From contig CAVOKP010000006.1 in the NCBI GenBank assembly GCA_963696535.1, forward strand, positions 30,812-94,811: 64,000 nt of DNA, written 5' to 3'. Source of the DNA: an uncultured Bacteroidales bacterium. GTDB lineage: Bacteria; Bacteroidota; Bacteroidia; Bacteroidales; VadinHA17. Under the pieces are notes generated by a model. That model searched no databases. It had not been told where the DNA came from and saw only the letters and a program-made list of their open reading frames with translations. How positions within the stretch are numbered: position 1 is the stretch's first letter; each line of letters begins with the position of its first letter. Of the stretch, positions 44,170 to 51,919 are shown in pieces. The translations under genes and the position numbers were made by a program.

Positions 44170-44222
44170 GGGCACTGGGCGTCAGGCGTCAGGCGTCAGG
44201 CGCCGGGCACCAGGCACCGGGT
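44170..44222. repeat. Heptamer tandem repeat (AGGCGTC/AGGCACC)
   Basis: gggcactgggcgtcaggcgtcaggcgtcaggcgccgggcaccaggcaccgggtag. It shares a 20-mer with 6197-6216. Confidence 0.85.
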
Positions 44223-44227
44223 AGTGG

Positions 44228-44692
44228 TTACTTCTTCTCGTAGACCATCGTCTCATTCATGTCGCCATACGACGAAGAGGCCATGGATTCAATGATCATG
44301 CTGCCTGCATCCATTTTATACACCTCCGTGATCGTCATGTCTCCGTCGCCTATCGCTATTTTCGAGATGATTTTCAGGGATGCCTTGTCGTCAGACCAGT
44401 TGCAGGTTGACTTTTTCTGCGTATCCTGAAATCCCGGATTTGTACATTCCTTTCCGTCGAGAGTCAGCTTATCGTTAGTTACGAACTCCTGATCCTGGAA
44501 GCTGGAGTGTTTTTCAACCGTTATATCATTTCCGGCCTGAGTGATGATAATTTCTTTGGGGGCAAAGGAGAATTCAGCATTCAGCTTGCTCTTTTCGCCG
44601 TTAAGCTTCCACGATCCGTTAAAATCGGGTCCCTGTGCCATAATTGAAGTAGAAAAGATCAATGCAGCAAATAAGAATAGGCTTTTTTTCAT
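44228..44692 (-). CDS. Secreted hypothetical protein (lipocalin-like beta protein suspected)
   Basis: 154 aa with a signal peptide ending IMAQ and a GSWKLN motif common in small beta-barrel proteins. Confidence 0.55.
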   Translation of the reverse strand: MKKSLFLFAALIFSTSIMAQGPDFNGSWKLNGEKSKLNAEFSFAPKEIIITQAGNDITVEKHSSFQDQEFVTNDKLTLDGKECTNPGFQDTQKKSTCNWSDDKASLKIISKIAIGDGDMTITEVYKMDAGSMIIESMASSSYGDMNETMVYEKK

Positions 44693-44849
44693 CTTATAAG
44701 TATTAAGGTTTGTAAAAGAATTAGATGCCGGATTTTAAATCATGTATCAAAAATATTATTTAAAAAGCATAATAAAAATCTTTGTGGTGGAATAAATGGG
44801 AAACCTGAAATTACTGCATGCAGATGATTATCCTTTTCCTGCATGCATC

Positions 44850-45548
44850 TCAGATATGGAAAAAGCTGTCAAGCCGGTTTCCCTTCTTTAACCGGTAATG
44901 AAAGAAGTAAAATAACAGCGCAACCGGAAGAATAGAGACCGCAACAATAAGGGACCACTGCAAATCGGTCAGTCCGTTCCGGTATTTATCAAATACTATT
45001 TCTGTTACAATGCAAAATACTGATAATGCAATAATTGCTGATGCGATAATATTCAGCCCCTTTAACCGGACAGCCCTGTAGAGAATAATTAATGTTCCAG
45101 AAATGATAAATGCAGAAACCGTTACAGGAAGACCGACCGGAAAGAACCAGTCCCTTCCGGTGGCTATCAGATCAATAAGAAAAAGAGCCGCCAGGACTGC
45201 AAGTAACTGGAGAATACCCAGGATCAAAGGATTTTTGAAAGCAAAAAGGTAAAGAGTCAGGATCACCCATACCACTGATATTGAAATGTCAGAAAAGAGT
45301 GACCAGTTGAGTCCTTTACCAGTCAGCAGATCCAGGAGGGTACAGACAATGATTCCTGAAAAAGCTATAATCCCGCTGAGTTCCCAGAGATATCGCCTGT
45401 TTTCCTTTTTCCGGAGCTGAATAATATCTGAAGGATAATTACCTGAAATTTGCTCCTGTCCCATTTTATTTTCAGGATCCCTGCCGCACAGAGGACATAT
45501 TTTAAGTCCCTCATCCAGTTCGACTCCGCAATTGTGACATAAAATCAT
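44850..45548 (-). CDS. Zinc-ribbon membrane protein (DUF6320-like suspected)
   Basis: 232 aa with N-terminal CHNCG...CPLCG followed by about 5 TM helices. It overlaps the upstream gene by 4 nt. Confidence 0.6.
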   Translation of the reverse strand: MILCHNCGVELDEGLKICPLCGRDPENKMGQEQISGNYPSDIIQLRKKENRRYLWELSGIIAFSGIIVCTLLDLLTGKGLNWSLFSDISISVVWVILTLYLFAFKNPLILGILQLLAVLAALFLIDLIATGRDWFFPVGLPVTVSAFIISGTLIILYRAVRLKGLNIIASAIIALSVFCIVTEIVFDKYRNGLTDLQWSLIVAVSILPVALLFYFFHYRLKKGNRLDSFFHI

Positions 45549-46738
45549 ATACCGGGCTTTAAATTATTATTCAAAATCCTGACATGAATACCGGCATCAG
45601 AGAGATGCCTGAAAATATACTGCTCAACCTCATGTGATTTTGTGATATTACAAAAAGTAATCCTAAGCCTGCCCTTATATGAAACCAGGGCACAGCCTGA
45701 TTTCACTTTATTATTGGGAGGAGTCGGAATAAGATCGATATAGTCAACCATTTTCTCCATCTCACCTGGAAGAGTCACCTGGCCCAGATTGGTAACCATG
45801 CCTGTCCAGCGCTTTGAAGCAAGCTTTCTGTAAATTGCGGCTGTAACCATTTTTTTAATGAACAGGGGCATTACCCTTATGATCAACTTCTTCTCATAAC
45901 TGACGTTCGATGAAAGAAATCTTGAAATCTGCTTTATATCGGTGATAATCTGAAGCTGGTGATGAACTGATCTGAGTATTTCTTCAAAAGTGTATGCTCC
46001 CAGTCTTACGTCAATTTCAGGCAGTACAAAAAGGGAAAAATTACGCATTGTCCTGCTGGGAAATTTTTTCCTCATATTGACCGGGATTTCAATTCTCAGC
46101 ACTTTTCGCTTATCTTTTTTGCCTTTAGTTTTTCCGGTCATAAAGATCTTCTGGAGCGCCAGGAAGTAGACTGACACAAAATACTCTGTAACAGACACAT
46201 TATGCTTACGGGAAATTTCAAGTATCTCGTCAACCCCAACCTCGGCAGTCAGTACTCTCAATCGCGGCCTTTCGTTAAGCATGAAAGGAAGGTGCCAGGC
46301 TTTTATAAGCTTTGGTGGAGGAGGCAGTTTCTGAAAGAACTTTATGTACCCGTCCTCGTATTCCTCTTCGGATACAGGTGTACCAGGCAGGATTATATCC
46401 CCGGGGGAAGTGATATGTATACCGGTAAGAGTCAGGTAAGTGAAAAGGAGGGATTTCAGGTATTCAATTGCACCACCGCCATCGGTCAGTATATGGGTGA
46501 ACTCAACAGAAATCCTTTTTCCACTGATTATCACCCGGTAGAGGGGTTCATTTTTTCTGTTGACAGCAAAAGCCGTACATGGTATCTCTTCTTCTGCCTG
46601 AATCCGTGGAGGCTTATCGTTGAATTCAAGAAAATGCCAGAATATTCCGCTTCCCAGGGAAACGCTGAAATAGGGAAACCTCTGTGAGGTGATTTCCACA
46701 GCTTCCCTGATTGTCGAATATCTTACCGGTTCCCTCAA
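45545..46738 (-). CDS. Condensation-domain / alcohol-acetyltransferase-like acyltransferase (HxxxDG); conserved N-terminus extends to about 46852 without a canonical start
   Basis: Has the HILTDGGG motif. The frame stays open upstream of the TTG at 46738 and reads AIIKKSFQERGWLKLDNAAKLFPAIISEDLTSVFRVSATL. The only possible starts there are ATC or ATT at 46852-46847. Confidence 0.65.
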   Translation of the reverse strand: MREPVRYSTIREAVEITSQRFPYFSVSLGSGIFWHFLEFNDKPPRIQAEEEIPCTAFAVNRKNEPLYRVIISGKRISVEFTHILTDGGGAIEYLKSLLFTYLTLTGIHITSPGDIILPGTPVSEEEYEDGYIKFFQKLPPPPKLIKAWHLPFMLNERPRLRVLTAEVGVDEILEISRKHNVSVTEYFVSVYFLALQKIFMTGKTKGKKDKRKVLRIEIPVNMRKKFPSRTMRNFSLFVLPEIDVRLGAYTFEEILRSVHHQLQIITDIKQISRFLSSNVSYEKKLIIRVMPLFIKKMVTAAIYRKLASKRWTGMVTNLGQVTLPGEMEKMVDYIDLIPTPPNNKVKSGCALVSYKGRLRITFCNITKSHEVEQYIFRHLSDAGIHVRILNNNLKPGI

Positions 46739-46886
46739 TGTAGCACTTACTCTGAATACTGAGGTGAGATCTTCTGAGATAATCGCCGGAAAGAGTTTTG
46801 CAGCATTATCAAGTTTCAGCCAGCCCCGTTCCTGAAAAGATTTCTTAATGATAGCTACCCTCCCTGTTTATTTTATATACAAACAA

Positions 46887-48017
46887 CTATCTGGAATGTT
46901 TCTTGAAAAACGTCCATATAACTTCATTAGCATCGAAATCCCTGCAGGTTTTTCCAATTATCCGTGCAGGTAAATATTGAATACCGCCAGGCCAGGTATG
47001 GCCCCCTCCCTCAATAGCATAGAGAATGACTTCCGTTCCGTCAAAACTGTTAATATACTCCTTCTTTGTCACCCTGGTCCCATCCTTTGGATCCCTGTCA
47101 GGTTCTTCAGTCACAACCGGTATGGACGAACACCTGTTCCGGTTAACCCAGAACCGGATCGACTCATCGGTTGATAAGACTTTCCCAAGCTTTACCCTGC
47201 GGAATTTCCCGACAATCTCACCTCCTTCAAATGGTACAAGCGGATCTTCGGTATTATTTATAGCCAGAACTGAAACGAATTGGGATGGAGAGCATTGAGG
47301 ATAAAGCATCACGGGTATATTTCCGTCAACCGGGGCAATTGCGGTTATTTTATGGGATAATTCGCAGGCCAGGCGATATGACATTATAGCACCATTTGAA
47401 ATGCCTGTCACATAAACCTTTTTCGGATTGATGTTATAGTCCCTTATCATGGTATCGATCAATGCAGAAAGGAATCCCGTATCATCGATGTTCTCCCTGT
47501 GAGCACGGTCGTTTGCTTCTTCATCCATTCTTCCATCATTCCAGTTCAGCTCAATTCCATCGGGGTACACAATTATCGATCCGTCCTTATCGGCCAGTTT
47601 ATTAAATCCTCCATGAGTAAGAAGGATCATACTATATCCTGTCGTTCCCCGGCCATGCAATGCAATGACCAATGGAACCTTAACGGATTTGTCGTGGACC
47701 GACGGGATATAAATATTGAAAGTCCGCTTCAGGCTGTTATATATAAATGAAGATCTCAAATCCTTTCCTGGAAACGCCGGAAGGGATATCGGGCTGATAC
47801 CTGCCTGTACCGCAAAGCTGTCGTTTACTATCCCGAAACCGGTAATTACAAAGCGATTACCGGGATTATCAGGATTGATTATTGCTTTATCTGAAAACCG
47901 TTCCGGAATTATGGTGCAATCAGGTAAACGATCTTTTCGGATTTCCTTCAGGTGCCTGATCTGTGAAAGTCCTATAATGCAGATAACCAGCGCAATGATG
48001 CTTCTCATTTCAGCCAT
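46887..48017 (-). CDS. Secreted alpha/beta-hydrolase esterase (PHB depolymerase / LpqC-like)
   Basis: 376 aa with a signal peptide, VIALHGRGTTG, and nucleophile elbow GISNGA. Confidence 0.65.
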   Translation of the reverse strand: MAEMRSIIALVICIIGLSQIRHLKEIRKDRLPDCTIIPERFSDKAIINPDNPGNRFVITGFGIVNDSFAVQAGISPISLPAFPGKDLRSSFIYNSLKRTFNIYIPSVHDKSVKVPLVIALHGRGTTGYSMILLTHGGFNKLADKDGSIIVYPDGIELNWNDGRMDEEANDRAHRENIDDTGFLSALIDTMIRDYNINPKKVYVTGISNGAIMSYRLACELSHKITAIAPVDGNIPVMLYPQCSPSQFVSVLAINNTEDPLVPFEGGEIVGKFRRVKLGKVLSTDESIRFWVNRNRCSSIPVVTEEPDRDPKDGTRVTKKEYINSFDGTEVILYAIEGGGHTWPGGIQYLPARIIGKTCRDFDANEVIWTFFKKHSR

Positions 48018-48141
48018 TATGATTACCCGGATTTAACGGGGATTTCAAAGCCTCCCCGCAAATAAAAGTACTAATTATTCTTCAATGGTGTCAGGATAAG
48101 CTTACCCTTTTGAAGGAGGTGTATTTCCAGGGATTTTTTTG

Positions 48142-48149
48142 TACATTTG
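48142..48149 (+). promoter_or_regulatory. Candidate -7 box TACATTTG upstream of the cold-shock gene
   Basis: Matches TAnnTTTG and lies 20 nt upstream of the ATG at 48169. This implies that the first 10 codons of the track ORF are not translated. Confidence 0.4.
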
Positions 48150-48168
48150 CAGTCAGAAAAACAAATAT

Positions 48169-48624
48169 ATGGGAAGATCACAGGAAACATTCGGAAAAAA
48201 GGAAGTAAGAAGCAAGAACGAGAAAAAGAGGAAAGAAAAAGCACAAAAACGTGCCTTGAAAAAAACTGGAGGAAAAAGCAACTTTGATGATATGATTGCC
48301 TATGTTGATGAATTCGGAAAGATTTCTTCAACACCTCCCGATCCCGGCAAGAAAACAGTTGTCGTTGCAGAGAATATCGAGCTGAAGATAACAAGGAACA
48401 ATCCCGAGTCGGCTCCCGATTTCGTGCGCAAGGGAGTCGTTACCTTCTTTAATGATTCAAAAGGATTTGGCTTTATCCGCGACCTGTCGTCGAACCAGAG
48501 TGTTTTTGTCCATGCAAATAATCTTCTGGAACCCATAAAGGAAAACAATGTTGTCGTTTTCGAAATAGGCAAGGGACCAAAGGGACCCTCCGCATTGAAG
48601 GTCAAACTATTCAAGGAAGAATAA
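48169..48624 (+). CDS. Cold-shock domain protein with Lys-rich N-terminal extension
   Basis: CSD motifs KGVVTFFNDSKGFGFI and VFVHANNL. The N-terminal ~60 aa are K/E-rich. Confidence 0.8.
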   Translation: MGRSQETFGKKEVRSKNEKKRKEKAQKRALKKTGGKSNFDDMIAYVDEFGKISSTPPDPGKKTVVVAENIELKITRNNPESAPDFVRKGVVTFFNDSKGFGFIRDLSSNQSVFVHANNLLEPIKENNVVVFEIGKGPKGPSALKVKLFKEE

Positions 48625-48775
48625 TATAATCATAATAATTTGATTACCTTTGCCCCCCGATTAACAAAGTGACTTCCACAAGCGTTGTCAGACATTTTGC
48701 CCAGTCTGTATTTGAGTTCATTTCAGCCGGGATAACAAATTCATCGCTCCCGGAACCACACAATAAAACATTTTA

Positions 48776-50503
48776 ATGATAAATTTTGAAGAGATGGGAT
48801 TCACTCCCGGTATTCTGAAAGCAGTTCAGGAGCTTGGATTTGAAAATCCCCTGCCGGTACAGGCAAAAGTCATCCCGGTTATGCTCGGCGGTGAAGATGA
48901 TATTATTGCACTTGCACAAACAGGAACGGGAAAAACGGCAGCCTTCGGACTGCCCCTTGTCCAGGCAACCGACACTGATATAAACAGCACACAGGCCCTT
49001 ATTCTATGCCCGACACGCGAGCTTTGCATTCAGATCACAGGTGATCTTACAGATTACTCGAAGTACACGGGCGATCTGAAAATCCTTGCAGTTTACGGAG
49101 GGGCAAGCATTGATACACAGATAAGGGGATTAAAGAAAGGCGCACATATAATCGTTGCAACACCCGGAAGACTCATTGATCTTATCGGGCGGGGAGCAGC
49201 CCGGTTGAAAAATGTCAGCACCGTGATACTCGATGAAGCTGATGAAATGCTCAATATGGGATTCCTTGACAGCATAAATGAGATACTCGAGGAGGTTCCC
49301 AAAGGAAGAAGAACACTTCTCTTTTCAGCAACCATGTCGGGTGAGATTGCAACAATTGCGAAGAAATACATGAATAATCCGGTTGAGATCACGATCGGAA
49401 CAAAAAATTCCTCAGCCGAAAATGTGAGCCATGCTTACTATATAGTGCACGCCAGGGATAAATACAAGGTTCTGAAGCGCATTGCTGATTTTGAACCGGA
49501 TATTTATGCGATTGTTTTTTGCCGCACCCGCAAGGAGACCCAGGAAGTTGCTTCAAAACTGATAAATGACGGCTATAATGCTGATGCGCTCCATGGTGAC
49601 CTGTCGCAGGCACAGCGCGATGCGGTGATGCAGAAATTCAGGCTCAGGAACCTGCATATGCTTGTGGCAACCGATGTCGCTGCACGCGGACTTGATGTCG
49701 ACGATCTTACACATGTAATAAATTTCAGCCTGCCTGATGATGCCGAGATTTATACACACCGGTGCGGCCGTACAGGCAGAGCCGGAAAAACAGGAATTTC
49801 AATCTCACTTGTCCACCTCAGGGAGAAACAGAATCTCCAGAAGATAGAAAGACTTGTCAGAAAACCGTTCAAATCATTGCCCATACCTACCGGTACCGAG
49901 ATATGCGGAAAACAGCTTTTCAACTGGATCAGTAAGCTTGAAACTGTTGCAACCGATCACCAGGAAATTGAAAAATTCCTGCCCGATATAAAGCTTAAAC
50001 TTGCCGGAATGGACAGGGAAGAGCTACTTAAAAGGATAGTATCACTTGAATTTGACAGGTTTCTCGATGATTACCGGCATGGAGAGGATCTTATTGAACC
50101 TGTCGATGAAAAGGAGTATGGTTCCGACAGTTCGCGGAAAAAGGGATCGCGCGAACAATTTCCTGGAAATTACACCAGATTGTTCATCAATCTTGGAAAA
50201 TCCGACGGCTTCTACCCGGAACAGCTTATTGAACTTGTCAATTCAAACACCAGGGGTAAAAAGGTTCCAATCGGTAAAATCGATCTTTTAAAATCATTTT
50301 CATTCTTTGAAGTTGCCCCTGATTACGCCGATGATCTTATAAGCGTCCTGAACGACAAAAAATTTCTGAATAAAAGAGTGGCTGTGGAGAAAGCACAGGA
50401 GAGGAATGAAAAGCCCAATAATGGAGGCTATCATGGCAGAAAGACATCAAAATGGTCAGCACGGAAACGTGAAAAGAGAAGCCATCCTTCAACAGCCTGG
50501 TAA
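48776..50503 (+). CDS. DEAD-box RNA helicase with DbpA-type C-terminal RNA-binding domain
   Basis: 575 aa with the Q motif, AQTGTGKT, DEAD (VILDEADEML), SAT and HRCGRTGRAG. It is adjacent to the cold-shock gene. Confidence 0.9.
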   Translation: MINFEEMGFTPGILKAVQELGFENPLPVQAKVIPVMLGGEDDIIALAQTGTGKTAAFGLPLVQATDTDINSTQALILCPTRELCIQITGDLTDYSKYTGDLKILAVYGGASIDTQIRGLKKGAHIIVATPGRLIDLIGRGAARLKNVSTVILDEADEMLNMGFLDSINEILEEVPKGRRTLLFSATMSGEIATIAKKYMNNPVEITIGTKNSSAENVSHAYYIVHARDKYKVLKRIADFEPDIYAIVFCRTRKETQEVASKLINDGYNADALHGDLSQAQRDAVMQKFRLRNLHMLVATDVAARGLDVDDLTHVINFSLPDDAEIYTHRCGRTGRAGKTGISISLVHLREKQNLQKIERLVRKPFKSLPIPTGTEICGKQLFNWISKLETVATDHQEIEKFLPDIKLKLAGMDREELLKRIVSLEFDRFLDDYRHGEDLIEPVDEKEYGSDSSRKKGSREQFPGNYTRLFINLGKSDGFYPEQLIELVNSNTRGKKVPIGKIDLLKSFSFFEVAPDYADDLISVLNDKKFLNKRVAVEKAQERNEKPNNGGYHGRKTSKWSARKREKRSHPSTAW

Positions 50504-50612
50504 AATTCTGATTTAAAAACCGTAAACGTTCTGCTGCATAAATAAACTCCCCTCCCAACGATTTATGTGCCTTTAAAGCGGTACCTTTATTTGATGTCTT
50601 CAGTTCAATAAA

Positions 50613-51146
50613 ATGAGACTGAAAAAAGGAGATATTGTACAACTGATTGTGGCTGTTATTCTTGCAGCAGCAGCAGTTACTATTGCGTCACTCACCATCG
50701 GTCGTGATATTTATTACAATACTCCCAGCGAAGGATTATTTTCATTTGCCATCGTCAATTTTTCGGGATACCTGTTTTTCCTGTTTATGCCGGTTGAGAT
50801 CGCTTTTATATACTACCTCAAAGCAGACATTAATTTCTGGATACTTAATGCAGTGGCTCTTGGAACTGCAATTGCTTCACAAACAATTGATTATTTAATT
50901 GGTTACCTGTTCAGCACAAAAATCATCGATCGTCTTATCGGACGCCACCGTTATGAAAAAGCTGAAGAGAAAATTAGAAAGTATGGTAACATTGTTATTT
51001 TTCTTTTCAATGTAACGCCACTTTCATCCCCGGTGATTTCACTGGCTGCCGGAATGCTGAAGCATCGCAAAAGGGATGCATTGATCTTTTCGCTTTCCGG
51101 ACTCGTTATTAAATACCTTCTTCTCACACTGATTTTTGGCATGTGA
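50613..51146 (+). CDS. YqaA/VTT (DedA-related) family membrane protein
   Basis: 177 aa with about 4-5 TM helices and the pattern ...QTIDYLIGYLF... Confidence 0.5.
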   Translation: MRLKKGDIVQLIVAVILAAAAVTIASLTIGRDIYYNTPSEGLFSFAIVNFSGYLFFLFMPVEIAFIYYLKADINFWILNAVALGTAIASQTIDYLIGYLFSTKIIDRLIGRHRYEKAEEKIRKYGNIVIFLFNVTPLSSPVISLAAGMLKHRKRDALIFSLSGLVIKYLLLTLIFGM

Positions 51147-51202
51147 GATCGTGAGCATACGATTTTATTTTTATCTTTCACGGCCCTAATACCTTCGGTC
51201 GA

Positions 51203-51916
51203 ATGGTAAAGCCCGCTAAATATTGTCTGACTTTATTCTTGTTACTTGTTGTCTATGAAGGCATAAAACCTGAATCGGTCCTTGCCGGTGAAACTGTAAG
51301 TCAGCAAAATAATTCTGATAAAATGATCCTTCTTAACGGCAGGATCTGGCGAAACCAGTATTCACGGGTAACAGGCGACCAGTTTTTTCTTGGAAATATC
51401 TATTTTAAGGGTTCAGTGACTTTTAACGGCCGGAAATTCGATAATCTTGACCTGAAGTACGATATTCACAATGACGAGCTGATATTGAGCATTGAATCCT
51501 ACCCGGTCATAATGCTGAACAAGGAGATGGTTGACAGCTTCAGTCTTGTTCTGGGAAGCAGGATATTCCGTTTTATCAATGCCGGAAACGATACTCCGGA
51601 TGTTTTAAAAGGGTATGTTAATGTTCTTTATGACGGTCCTTCTGCTTTATATGTCAAATATTCAAAAATGATTCAACCGCTTGGCGATGACGGGATTAAT
51701 GACCAGTTCTATCAGAGGCACCAGGCATATTTAAGGAAGGGAGCTGAAATAGTTCCCGTGGAAGGGAAGAGAAATCTTTTGAATCTGCTGGAAGATAAAA
51801 AGAGCGAAATAAGGGATTATACGAAGAAGAACCGGATCAGGATCCTAAAACAGGATCCGTACACTTATATCCGGGTACTTGAATATTACGACAATCTGAT
51901 GAAACAGCAAGAATGA
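51203..51916 (+). CDS. Secreted hypothetical protein, first gene of a 4-gene operon
   Basis: 237 aa with a signal peptide. It ends 3 nt before the next start. Confidence 0.55.
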   Translation: MVKPAKYCLTLFLLLVVYEGIKPESVLAGETVSQQNNSDKMILLNGRIWRNQYSRVTGDQFFLGNIYFKGSVTFNGRKFDNLDLKYDIHNDELILSIESYPVIMLNKEMVDSFSLVLGSRIFRFINAGNDTPDVLKGYVNVLYDGPSALYVKYSKMIQPLGDDGINDQFYQRHQAYLRKGAEIVPVEGKRNLLNLLEDKKSEIRDYTKKNRIRILKQDPYTYIRVLEYYDNLMKQQE

Positions 51917-51919
51917 GGG

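Noticed and set aside
50337-50642. 101-aa minus-strand ORF spanning the helicase 3' end and the next gene's start
   Set aside because: It overlaps two well-supported + strand genes and has an odd composition. It is treated as spurious, like the many antisense ORFs inside lon, copA, the M1 peptidase, the ACAD and others.
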